Assembly: GCA_002313895.1 (NCBI GenBank)
Contig: DCAW01000079.1
Span: forward strand, 1-61,239
DNA from: Dehalococcoidia bacterium UBA1123
GTDB lineage: Bacteria > Chloroflexota > Dehalococcoidia > Lucifugimonadales > UBA1123
Direction of reading: 5' to 3'
Length of the DNA: 61,239 nucleotides
Shown: positions 28,618 to 37,599 of the stretch, piece by piece
Numbering within the stretch: position 1 is the stretch's first letter
How the letters are laid out: every line of letters begins with the position of its first letter
Translations under genes and position numbers: made by a program
The notes under the pieces: model-generated
The model's input: only the letters and a program-made list of their open reading frames with translations
The model's database searches: none
What the model was told of the DNA's origin: nothing

Positions 28618-29274
28618 TTATTTGCTGGCGGCGGTTCCGCCGAGGATTTTAGTGAAGAACTTCGCAGCCATACTGCCGACATCGTCCTCATGCCCGCGGA
28701 AGTAGTGGTCGGCGTCGGTGATGACGGACGATTCTTTTGGTTGTGAGAACCGTTTGGTAAGGAACTTGAACTCTTCGACAGGGAAGTCGTGGTCGTGGTC
28801 TCCGAGGATCAGCATCTTGGGCTGAAGAATCTCCCTGGAAGACAGCGCCCTCAACGCCCCGATCGGGCAGGCGACGGAGAATACTGCCAACGCTGGACTG
28901 GATTCTAACACCGCTTGCAAAGCCATTGATGCCCCGAATGAATAGCCCGCGATCCCTATCCGGCTCGGGTCCACGACATCCTCAAGTTCCAGCGCGGCCA
29001 GTGCGGCCAGCGCGTCGTCAACCTCGCCATCGCCTTTGTCGTGAGTCCCCTCGGATGCTCCGACTCCACGGAAGTTGAATCTCAGCGTCGCGATGCCTGC
29101 CGCGTTCAGCTTCTTGCTGACCCCCACGACCACGCTGCTTGCCATATCCCCCCCGAATCTTGGAGACGGATGACAAATCACAACACCCGGAACTTTGTCT
29201 TCGGATTCTGGATATTCCAATACGGCTTGCAACGACAGGCCCTTGCTGTCGAAACTCATGTGTTGTTGGGGCAT
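28618..29274 (-). CDS. Alpha/beta hydrolase (COG2945-like), tandem paralog 1
   Basis: ...CHPSPRFGGDMASSVV...LRFNFRGVGASEGTH...AGYSFGA. Confidence 0.75.
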   Translation of the reverse strand: MPQQHMSFDSKGLSLQAVLEYPESEDKVPGVVICHPSPRFGGDMASSVVVGVSKKLNAAGIATLRFNFRGVGASEGTHDKGDGEVDDALAALAALELEDVVDPSRIGIAGYSFGASMALQAVLESSPALAVFSVACPIGALRALSSREILQPKMLILGDHDHDFPVEEFKFLTKRFSQPKESSVITDADHYFRGHEDDVGSMAAKFFTKILGGTAASK

Positions 29275-29399
29275 GCGACTCCAGTCGAGAAGAGGTCAGG
29301 ACGGTTCAATTTTAGGTCAGCCTATGGTGTTTGACAAGCGGTGTTGATAGAATTGTCTCCGTTCTGCAATGAACGTTACTATTGCCAGGAGGCTTATAC

Positions 29400-30437
29400 A
29401 TGAGGCAGGTTGACTTACGCAGCGACACGGTTACGCACCCGACTCCAGAAATGCGACAGGCCATGTTCGAGGCCGACATAGGAGACGATGTTTACGGCGA
29501 AGACCCCTCCGTGAATAGGCTGGAGGCGATGGCCGCCGAACGTCTTGGGAAAGAGGCCGCGGTGTTTGTGGCCAGCGGCACCATGGGTAACCTGGTTTCT
29601 GTTTTAGCTCACGCCGGCCGCGGTGATGAAATTATTCTCGGCGACAAGGCTCACATTTTCCGTAGCGAAGCGGGCGGAGTCTCAGCATTGGGGGGTGTTG
29701 CGTTTCAAACGATTCCGAATGACGAGCGCGGGATGATGGACCCGGACGATGTGGCCGACGCTATCAAACCCGCTAACGTCCACTTCACCCGCACTGCCGT
29801 TGTGGCAGTCGAAAACACGCACAACGGCGCCGGCGGGACCGTTCTCAGCCCGGAGGATGTGAAGCTGATTGCCGATGTCGCTCACGCCGCCGATGTCCCT
29901 GTTCACATGGATGGAGCCAGGGTGTTCAACGCCGCTGTGGCCCTGGAAGCGCCGGTTTCTGAGCTGGTCAGAGACGTTGATTCCGTCACGTTCTGCCTTT
30001 CCAAAGGACTGGCATGCCCCGTCGGTTCCGTGATAAGCGGGAGTGAAGAGTATATCGCGCAGGCCAGGAAATGGAGAAAGATTGTTGGCGGAAGCATGAG
30101 GCAGGCCGGTATCATAGCGGCGGCTGGCGTTGTGGCCCTTGACACGATGGTTGATCGCATGGCCGACGATCACGCAAACGCCCGAAAACTGGCCAACGGT
30201 CTTGCGGAGATTGACGGCATCACGATAGACCCCGAGAGCCTGCACACCAATCTGGTGTTCTTTGAGATCGCCCACCCGGATCGCTCGGCATTTGCCCGGA
30301 AACTGAACGAACGTGGTGTCCTCGGTGGCGGCCCTCAAAAGCGTTGGAGGTATGTCACGCACTACGGTATCACCGAAGAGGACATTGACTATACGTTGGA
30401 CGTTTTCACGAGCACTTTCAAAGAGACGGTGTCGTGA
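29400..30437 (+). CDS. ltaE: Low-specificity L-threonine aldolase
   Basis: DLRSDTVTHPTPEMRQAM...GDDVYGEDPSVNRLE...GTMGNL shows the family pattern. ATG 29400 follows AGGAGG. Confidence 0.85.
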   Translation: MRQVDLRSDTVTHPTPEMRQAMFEADIGDDVYGEDPSVNRLEAMAAERLGKEAAVFVASGTMGNLVSVLAHAGRGDEIILGDKAHIFRSEAGGVSALGGVAFQTIPNDERGMMDPDDVADAIKPANVHFTRTAVVAVENTHNGAGGTVLSPEDVKLIADVAHAADVPVHMDGARVFNAAVALEAPVSELVRDVDSVTFCLSKGLACPVGSVISGSEEYIAQARKWRKIVGGSMRQAGIIAAAGVVALDTMVDRMADDHANARKLANGLAEIDGITIDPESLHTNLVFFEIAHPDRSAFARKLNERGVLGGGPQKRWRYVTHYGITEEDIDYTLDVFTSTFKETVS

Positions 30438-30472
30438 GATTAACCGCCTGAGTCGATAATCGGTTAGAGTGG

Positions 30473-30504
30473 GATGGGCCGTTTGATGCGGCCCATCTTT
30501 TTTT
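30473..30504 (+). terminator. Rho-independent terminator after ltaE
   Basis: GAUGGGCCG-UUUGAUG-CGGCCCAUC followed by U7. Confidence 0.75.
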
Positions 30505-30537
30505 GTCGTTGACTGAGTCGTTGTCTGAGGTTTTTCG

Positions 30538-31788
30538 TTGCGCCTGCTGTTGGAGAACAAACAGTTCAGGATATTCTGGATTGCCGGCGTGTTCAGTGAT
30601 TTGGCTCTGATCACTTATTTCACCGTCCACGGCTGGTTGGCCCTCCAGGTGAGCGATTCCGCATTCTGGGTTGGAGCGACTTCCGGGGCCGGTGGACTTT
30701 CGCTGACGATGTTTTCGGTCTTCGGCGGAGTGCTGGTTGACCGATTCGGGCGCCGTAGCCTGGTTCTAGTGGGCTTGTTGATCCGATTTGTCATCGCGTT
30801 GGCGCTTGTGGCCCTGATAATGACGGAAAATATCGCGCTTTGGCATGTTCTGTTGGCGGCATTTGGTGAGGGTCTGGCGGTTTCGTTTTTGATGCCCGCG
30901 ATGATGGCATTGACGTTGGACGTGGCGGGCAGAGGAAAACTGCTGTCAGCAACAGCGGCTCGTTTCGCTGGCATGACTGTCGCCGGGATCATTGCTCCAC
31001 TGGCAGCGGGTTCAATCGTGAATTCGGCAGGGATCGAATGGGCGTACGTGATGATCGCGTTGGGCTTCTCCGCGTCGGCCGGATTCATGCTGATTTTGCG
31101 CCCGCCAAATCCTGCCAAACGAACCAATTCATCGCCGCTTGAAGACCTCAGGCAGGGTGTCACGTACGTGATTCGGACGCCGCAGATTCGCATGTTGATC
31201 GCGATGATTTTCATAACAGAGGCGTTCGGATGGGCGCACGAGTCGATGCTTCCGGTGATGGCGAGAGACGTGCTGGATGTGGGCGCGACGGGGTTGGGAT
31301 ACCTATTGGCGGCAGGGTCCGCTGGAGCCACTGTCACCACCGTTATTATCGCGAGCATGGGCGACATTCGGAACAAGTCGAATATGCTGGTTGGAGGGTG
31401 CATAGGGTTTGGATTCTTCCTTGTCTTGTTTGCGTGGTCCCAATGGCTGCTGTTATCTCTGGCATTTCTGGCGGGGGCGTACGCCGCAGTTATCGTTTAT
31501 GAAACGACGATTAACACTCTCCTCCAGACCTCTGTGCCTGACGAGCTTAGAGGGAGAGTGCTGAGTTTTCAGGCCATGATGTGGGGCGTCACCGGATTAG
31601 CCGGGTTCCACACTGGAGCTATCGCGAGCGCGGTGGGCGCTCCGGTGGCAATCGCGATTGGCGGAGGTGTGGTGATTCTCAACTCATTGCGAATTGCCCG
31701 GCATCGAAGCCAACTTGACCCTGACCTTGCCCAAAGCTCATTGGATTCAGAATCAATAGATTCAAGAGGAGATCAGCCGGAGTCTTGA
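30538..31788 (+). CDS. MFS transporter
   Basis: 416 aa with about 12 hydrophobic segments. TTG start. The 3' end overlaps the convergent rarA by 16 nt. Confidence 0.8.
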   Translation: MRLLLENKQFRIFWIAGVFSDLALITYFTVHGWLALQVSDSAFWVGATSGAGGLSLTMFSVFGGVLVDRFGRRSLVLVGLLIRFVIALALVALIMTENIALWHVLLAAFGEGLAVSFLMPAMMALTLDVAGRGKLLSATAARFAGMTVAGIIAPLAAGSIVNSAGIEWAYVMIALGFSASAGFMLILRPPNPAKRTNSSPLEDLRQGVTYVIRTPQIRMLIAMIFITEAFGWAHESMLPVMARDVLDVGATGLGYLLAAGSAGATVTTVIIASMGDIRNKSNMLVGGCIGFGFFLVLFAWSQWLLLSLAFLAGAYAAVIVYETTINTLLQTSVPDELRGRVLSFQAMMWGVTGLAGFHTGAIASAVGAPVAIAIGGGVVILNSLRIARHRSQLDPDLAQSSLDSESIDSRGDQPES

Positions 31789-33119
31789 TCGTCCGAATCT
31801 TCGTCGCCCCACCAGTTTGCAAGCCGTTTTGAGACTTCGATTTCGTAGCCCTGATCTCCAGGTTTGTAGTACTGGCGTCCGTTTAGGTTATCCGGCAGAT
31901 TCTGCATCGGCGTGAAATTACCATCGTAGTCGTGGGCGTACTTGTAGTCTTCGCCATACCCCATGTCTTTCATCAGGCCCGTGACAGCGTTTCTCAGGTG
32001 CAAAGGAACCGGATCGTTCCGTGTGTTGCGCGCGTCCTCCAATGCAGCGCTGATAGCGGCGTAGGCGCTGTTACTCTTTGGAGCGGACGCGAGATACACT
32101 GTCGCCTCCGCGAGCACAATGCGACCTTCAGGCATCCCGACAAAGTGGGCCGCTTGTTGAGCGCTGACTGCGACAGTGAGCGCGTTCGGGTCTGCCATGC
32201 CGATGTCCTCAGACGCCAGAATCACGAGGCGACGGGCAATGAACATCGGATCCTCGCCGCCTTCGATCATGCGAGCCAGCCAGTAGATTGCCGCGTCCGG
32301 GTCGGAAGATCGAACCGACTTTATGAACGCCGAAATCGTGTCAAAGTGCAGATCGCCGTCCTTGTCGTATCTTGCGATTTTGCGCTGGGCGGCAGACTCC
32401 ACGATTTCAGCATCGACTAATCGTGTGCCAGATGCGTCCGGGCGCGCGGCGTGGGCTGATAATTCCAAAGTGTTCAGAGCGTTCCTGGCGTCGCCGTTGG
32501 AAAGTTTCACGATGCTTTCGATGCCAGAATCGTCCAGTTTCAGGTCGAGATTTCCCAAACCGGACGCGCTGTCTCGCAAGGCCATGCCAATTATTTGCCT
32601 GATTTCGCCCGGCGTCAAAGGCTTGAGGTCGTATACGGTCGCCCTCGACAGCAGGGGAGACACCACTTCGAAGGATGGATTCTCAGTCGTCGCGCCGATC
32701 AACACGATAGTGCCATCCTCAACATATGGGAGGATCACATCCTGCTGGGCCTTGTTGAACCGGTGAATTTCGTCGACGAACAGAATTGTGCGCTGACCGT
32801 TCATTCCGAGGCGGTCGCCTGCTTCCGACATCACGCGACGGAGGTCCGCGACTCCAGATGCCACGGCGCTGATCCTCTCGAAGTGACTGCTGGTCTCGGC
32901 GGCCAGAAGGATCGCCAGCGTCGTTTTGCCAGTGCCTGGAGGCCCCCAGATTATCATCGACGGAATATGACCGTCGCGAAGCGACCGTCGCAACGCGGAG
33001 TCTGGTCCCACAATATGGGATTGTCCGACGTAATCTGCGAACCGTTTGGGCCGCATTCTGGCCGCCAGCGGAGCCAGTTTTTGTTTCTGGTCTGCGGCGC
33101 TATGCTCGAACAGAGTCAT
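31773..33119 (-). CDS. rarA: Replication-associated recombination protein A (AAA+ ATPase)
   Basis: PLAARMRPKRFADYVGQSHIVG, Walker A GPPGTGKTT, and Walker B FVDEIHRFNK. The ATG 33119 start follows AAGGA; ATG 33137 is an alternative. Confidence 0.88.
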   Translation of the reverse strand: MTLFEHSAADQKQKLAPLAARMRPKRFADYVGQSHIVGPDSALRRSLRDGHIPSMIIWGPPGTGKTTLAILLAAETSSHFERISAVASGVADLRRVMSEAGDRLGMNGQRTILFVDEIHRFNKAQQDVILPYVEDGTIVLIGATTENPSFEVVSPLLSRATVYDLKPLTPGEIRQIIGMALRDSASGLGNLDLKLDDSGIESIVKLSNGDARNALNTLELSAHAARPDASGTRLVDAEIVESAAQRKIARYDKDGDLHFDTISAFIKSVRSSDPDAAIYWLARMIEGGEDPMFIARRLVILASEDIGMADPNALTVAVSAQQAAHFVGMPEGRIVLAEATVYLASAPKSNSAYAAISAALEDARNTRNDPVPLHLRNAVTGLMKDMGYGEDYKYAHDYDGNFTPMQNLPDNLNGRQYYKPGDQGYEIEVSKRLANWWGDEDSDDQDSG

Positions 33120-33260
33120 GTATTTTCCTTGGGCCATGCCAATAGGCTGTCAAACTGGGTTCCGTCGTGGCGCTTCCTGATCAGATTGGGTTGACACTTC
33201 ACTTATCCGATTTTACCATCCAGCCAAAGTGAGAGAGCAATTGAGAACAGGGGGCGGAAT

Positions 33261-33569
33261 TTGGATACTTCTACGGTTCTGACGTGCGAACGCTGTCGGC
33301 GCCCAGGGGTGAATGGCACTCTGTATCAGATGCAACTAGACGGCGTGGACCTGCTGTGCTGCATCAGATGCATCTTTAAGAATCGGGCTGTTATATTTCG
33401 CTCGGTTAAAATCGCGCTCGTTGTCGGGACAATACTGTTCGCGTTCAATCAGGGCGACATTGTCCTCAGGGGGGAGTTTCCCTCGGCGCTGATTTGGAAA
33501 ATTCCTCTGACCTACATCACGCCGTTTCTAGTTTCGATTTGGGGCGCCCTTTCCAGCGCGAAGCGATAG
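33261..33569 (+). CDS. Small membrane protein with an N-terminal Cys-rich ribbon and an NrtS-like C-terminal region
   Basis: CERC...CCIRC, then KIALVVGTILFAFNQGD...IPLTYITPFLVSIWGA. This resembles the NrtS nitrate/nitrite transporter family by recollection only. TTG start. Confidence 0.45.
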   Translation: MDTSTVLTCERCRRPGVNGTLYQMQLDGVDLLCCIRCIFKNRAVIFRSVKIALVVGTILFAFNQGDIVLRGEFPSALIWKIPLTYITPFLVSIWGALSSAKR

Positions 33570-33586
33570 AAAATGGAGAATCGTCG

Positions 33587-33883
33587 TTATCTCAAATCAG
33601 CGATAGTGACTCCACCGTTTCCTTCTGCTGGACTCGCCGCGTAGTGCCGAGTTACCAGCGGATGTTTCGACAGGTATTCAGCCACCGCGCCTTTCATGGT
33701 TCCTGTGCCTTTCCCGTGGATGACCCGCACCCGATGCAATCCGGCCATGGATGCGTCGTTCAGATATTTGTCCAACTTTGACAACGCAGGTCGAACCTTC
33801 ATCTGCCGCAGGTGGACCTCGGCTGACATCGACGCCGTCCTCATCAGCCTTGATGGTTGGTCGTCTCGCCTTCGTGAGGTCAC
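33587..33883 (-). CDS. Smr (small MutS-related) domain protein
   Basis: ...VHLRQMKVRPALSKLDKYLNDASMAGLHRVRVIHGKGTGTMKGAV...GNGGVTIADL. The GTG start overlaps the selA stop (GTGA). Confidence 0.75.
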   Translation of the reverse strand: MTSRRRDDQPSRLMRTASMSAEVHLRQMKVRPALSKLDKYLNDASMAGLHRVRVIHGKGTGTMKGAVAEYLSKHPLVTRHYAASPAEGNGGVTIADLR

Positions 33884-35277
33884 GATGCGGCGTTCGGTTG
33901 AGCAATGTTGTTCAGCGCTTCCCGCAAGTCGCTCTCGTCGCCCGGAAGCACGGTTCTAGGGTCTAGAATAACCGCGTCGTCCTCGATGCGGGCCACGATA
34001 GGCGGGTTGTTGTCCCTCAGACGTTGGGCCATCTTTTCGGCTTCCCCAGGCTGTAGGGATGGGATTCGGGTCACCCAGGTCGGGAGGGTCTCTCCAGGCA
34101 GGCTGCCTCCGCCGATCGCGGACCGGGAAGCGACCGAGACTCCGTTCTGAGCGAAACTGGCCCAGGATTCGGATTTTCGTCGCAGTTCTTCTTCTGTTGC
34201 CGATATCATCCGCCAAATAGGGATTTTTGATGTGGCCTCATCGCGGATGTAATGAAGGACTGTGGCGGCCAGCGCCGCCATGCTCATCTTGTCGATCCTG
34301 ACGGCCCGCGCCAGTGGGTGGCTCGACACTCTGGCAACCGCTTCTTTTTTGCCGATGATGATTCCCGCCTGCGGCCCCCCCAACAGTTTGTCGCCAGAGA
34401 AAAACCCAAGCTCAACGCCGGCGGAAACGCTCTGTTGAGGCATAGGCTCGGGAGCCAACCCATAAGGCACGGTGTCCAGTAGACAACCGCTTCCGAGATC
34501 GTGGAGGACAGGAACGCCTCGACGGTGTCCGACCTCGACCAACTCCTCAAGGGTCGGGGCGTTCGTGAAACCGATCACCTTGAAATTGGATGCGTGGACA
34601 GACAGGATCGCGCCAGTGTTCTCGGTGATCGCCGCATCGAAATCGCGCGCGTATGTGCGGTTGGTGGTCCCGACCTCGACCAGAGTTGCTCCGCTCTGTC
34701 GCAGGACGTCGGGGATTCGGAACCCGCCGCCGATTTCGACGGCCTCGCCCCTCGATACGACTACTTCTTTGCCAACAGCGAACGTCGCCAGAGCCAACAT
34801 GATGGCTGATGCGTTGTTGTTCACGACCATTGCGGCCTCGGCTCCAGTCACCTGACTCATCAATTGAGACATGTGAGATTGCCGAGAGCCGCGCTTGCCG
34901 GTTTCCAGGTCCATCTCCAGGTCGCTGTATCCTGAGGCGGCGCGGTGCATGGCTTGAATCGAATCGTCACTGAGCGGGGCGCGACCAAGATTGGTATGCA
35001 AGATAACGCCGGTGGCATTAATCACGCGCTCTGGCCAGGCGCGCCATCGTTTGCTGGCCTGGTGTTCGATTTCAAAGACCAGGGAAGGGAGATCCGGGGG
35101 ATCGGCCCCTTCTGACACCGCCGCCCTGATTTCTTCGAGATTTTGTCTAATGAGGTCGAGAACCGCATCTCTGGAGTGCGCTTCGATCAGCTGAACGATG
35201 GCGTCTTCCTCAAGAATACGGTTCACGGGAGGGATTGCTCTGAAACCTGATGTCATACTCACAGCGCTCTGATCCAA
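33880..35277 (-). CDS. selA: L-seryl-tRNA(Sec) selenium transferase
   Basis: VINATGVILHTNLGRAPLS and the PLP-lysine motif FFSGDKLLGGPQAGIIIGKK are SelA hallmarks. TTG 35277 and ATG 35256 are possible starts. Confidence 0.9.
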   Translation of the reverse strand: MDQSAVSMTSGFRAIPPVNRILEEDAIVQLIEAHSRDAVLDLIRQNLEEIRAAVSEGADPPDLPSLVFEIEHQASKRWRAWPERVINATGVILHTNLGRAPLSDDSIQAMHRAASGYSDLEMDLETGKRGSRQSHMSQLMSQVTGAEAAMVVNNNASAIMLALATFAVGKEVVVSRGEAVEIGGGFRIPDVLRQSGATLVEVGTTNRTYARDFDAAITENTGAILSVHASNFKVIGFTNAPTLEELVEVGHRRGVPVLHDLGSGCLLDTVPYGLAPEPMPQQSVSAGVELGFFSGDKLLGGPQAGIIIGKKEAVARVSSHPLARAVRIDKMSMAALAATVLHYIRDEATSKIPIWRMISATEEELRRKSESWASFAQNGVSVASRSAIGGGSLPGETLPTWVTRIPSLQPGEAEKMAQRLRDNNPPIVARIEDDAVILDPRTVLPGDESDLREALNNIAQPNAAS

Positions 35278-35429
35278 GGTTAGTAAATCTAATTATAACC
35301 CGACTGTTGCGGATATCACATTGGAATAAAACCCGCCGTCACTGGAACATTCACGAGGCGCCTGAATGTTGACCCGCTTTTGGCCCCTCTTGTAGAATAT
35401 GAACAATTTCCCGAATGGGCGGATTTTGT

Positions 35430-36026
35430 ATGTTTGTTATTGGACTCACTGGCGGCATTGGAACTGGCAAGACTCAAGTGTCTGGTATCCTTTCCCATCT
35501 GGGCGCAACGGTGATCAATGCCGATCTTGTTGGGCATGAAGCTTACCTCCCAAACACTGAAACCTGGCAGGTAGTGGTTGAGGCTTTCGGGGAAGGCATC
35601 CTCACAGAGAACGATGAGATAGATCGCAGAGCGCTGGGCGCCATCGTGTTCAGCGATCCTGAACAACTCAACCGCCTCAACGCCATCATGCACCCGCGCA
35701 TTTTTGATATGATTCAGGCACGCATCGATAAGTTGGAAAAAGAAGGGGTTGAAAAAGTCGTGGTGGAAGCGGCGCTGTTGATAGAGGCCAACTGGACACC
35801 GCTGGCGACTGAGGTTTGGGTTGTCACGTCCAACGGAAATGATGTGGTTCAGCGGCTTTTGTCGAGAATCAACATGACTGAGGAGACCATCAAAGCGAGA
35901 ATTGACTCGCAGATGCCACAGGAAGAGCGCGTCACCCACGCGGACGTCATAATCGAGAACGACGGCGATCTGGGCCATCTCAGAGAGCGTGTCGAAACTG
36001 CCTGGCGCGAAAGATCGCCGGCGTAA
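35430..36026 (+). CDS. coaE: Dephospho-CoA kinase
   Basis: MFVIGLTGGIGTGKTQVS P-loop and an overall CoaE layout. ATG 35415 is an alternative start. Confidence 0.85.
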   Translation: MFVIGLTGGIGTGKTQVSGILSHLGATVINADLVGHEAYLPNTETWQVVVEAFGEGILTENDEIDRRALGAIVFSDPEQLNRLNAIMHPRIFDMIQARIDKLEKEGVEKVVVEAALLIEANWTPLATEVWVVTSNGNDVVQRLLSRINMTEETIKARIDSQMPQEERVTHADVIIENDGDLGHLRERVETAWRERSPA

Positions 36027-36050
36027 TATCAAGGAGAACGGGCACAACAG

Positions 36051-36956
36051 ATGACATCACCAACGAGAACGCTTTATCGCAGTTACATTATTGAAGAGTA
36101 TCAACTGACCCAGGAACCTTATTACGTTCCAGTTGCTGACGAAGTTGAACTTTTCGAAGCTGCATACGCCCAAAAGATACCCGTCATTTTCAAAGGCCCA
36201 ACGGGTTGCGGCAAGACTCGATTTATCGAATATATGTCATATCGTCTCGGCCAACCGCTGACCAGGGTGAAACAGAACCCATCTCCAGGGGCTCCAGAGG
36301 CCGTTCGTACGGACGACGACATCATGCCCCTTGTCACCATCGCGTGCCATGAGGACCTGACCGCCAGCGACCTCGTTGGTCGATACCTCCTCCAAGGCAA
36401 CGAGACCGTTTGGATTGATGGCCCCCTCACAAGGGCAGTCAAAGCCGGTGGCATCTGCTACTTGGACGAGATCGTCGAGGCCCGCAAGGACACGACAGTC
36501 CTGATTCACCCACTGACCGACCACCGCAGGATACTGCCTGTGGAAAAGAAAGGTGAACTGCTCGAAGCTGGAGAAGGGTTCTTGCTGGTGCTTTCCTACA
36601 ACCCCGGCTACCAGAGCGCGTTGAAGGACCTGAAGCACAGCACTCGGCAGCGTTTCATATCCATCGAATTTGATTATCCTCCTATCGACATCGAGGCCGA
36701 AATCGTTCGACACGAATCCGGCGTCGATGCTGATGTTGCCAACCAACTTGCGAAACTGGGCGGTAAAGTCCGCAACCTGAAAGAGCATGGGCTGGGCGAA
36801 GGCGCCAGCACCCGTCTTTTGATTTACGCCGGTCAGCTAATCAACCAGGGAATCCCGCCGAGGCGAGCTTGCCAGGTGGCGATCAACTGGGCCGTCACAG
36901 ACGACCACACAGTCCAACGCAGTATCGAGGAGCTTACGACATCCATCTTCGAATAA
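36051..36956 (+). CDS. CbbQ/NirQ/NorQ/GpvN-family MoxR-type AAA+ ATPase
   Basis: [16 protein letters not shown]alker [63 protein letters not shown], and KHSTRQRF. Confidence 0.85.
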   Translation: MTSPTRTLYRSYIIEEYQLTQEPYYVPVADEVELFEAAYAQKIPVIFKGPTGCGKTRFIEYMSYRLGQPLTRVKQNPSPGAPEAVRTDDDIMPLVTIACHEDLTASDLVGRYLLQGNETVWIDGPLTRAVKAGGICYLDEIVEARKDTTVLIHPLTDHRRILPVEKKGELLEAGEGFLLVLSYNPGYQSALKDLKHSTRQRFISIEFDYPPIDIEAEIVRHESGVDADVANQLAKLGGKVRNLKEHGLGEGASTRLLIYAGQLINQGIPPRRACQVAINWAVTDDHTVQRSIEELTTSIFE

Positions 36957-37014
36957 CTGCCTTCGCGGGTTCGGGTTTCGCAATTGGACAATTCGAAGTC
37001 CAGAAGGAAACGCG

Positions 37015-37590
37015 ATGCGAGCGCCAGAGATAGAAACGATTCGGCAGGCGCTCGCCGACAACCCCAAAAAGACCATAGATGATCCATCCCTGCGACCCGC
37101 AGGGGTGCTATTGGTCGTTTATCCAAAGGACGGCGAATATTGCGTGTTACTTAACAAGCGTTCTCAGCTTGTCGAGTATCACAAAGGCGAAATTTCCTTC
37201 CCTGGCGGCAGCGTCGACCCCGAAGACGGGACGTTGTTGGCGACCGCCATTCGCGAGACTCATGAGGAGATGGGCATTCTTCCTGACGACATCGAGTACC
37301 TTGGTGATCTGGACGATATGCCGACAATATCGCATTTCCTTATCAACGCTTTTGTGGCGACGATCCCCTATCCTTACGACTTCAAGCCCAGCGAGTTTGA
37401 AGTCGCAGAGGTTTTGGAAGTCCCCATAAGCCATCTGCGACGTGAGGCGAGCGTTCGGTGGGAGTCGCGACTTCGCGATGGCATAGTTCGCACCTCACCC
37501 ACCTACGTGTACGACGGCCATGTTATTTTCGGGGCCACAGCTATGGTGCTGGAAAATTTCCTCGACATTCTCGGGGACGCGCCTATTTAA
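37015..37590 (+). CDS. NUDIX hydrolase, CoA-pyrophosphatase type
   Basis: VLLNKRSQLVEYHKGEISFPGGSVDPEDGTLLATAIRETHEEMGI, which is a Nudix box preceded by the CoA-pyrophosphatase-like LL-x-R-S...G-x3-FPGG pattern. Confidence 0.75.
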   Translation: MRAPEIETIRQALADNPKKTIDDPSLRPAGVLLVVYPKDGEYCVLLNKRSQLVEYHKGEISFPGGSVDPEDGTLLATAIRETHEEMGILPDDIEYLGDLDDMPTISHFLINAFVATIPYPYDFKPSEFEVAEVLEVPISHLRREASVRWESRLRDGIVRTSPTYVYDGHVIFGATAMVLENFLDILGDAPI

Positions 37591-37599
37591 GGAGACCGC

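Noticed and set aside
35316-36047. A 243-aa minus-strand ORF
   Set aside because: It lies antisense to coaE, which has a clear P-loop and family layout. It has no recognisable motif and is a typical shadow ORF in GC-rich coding DNA.
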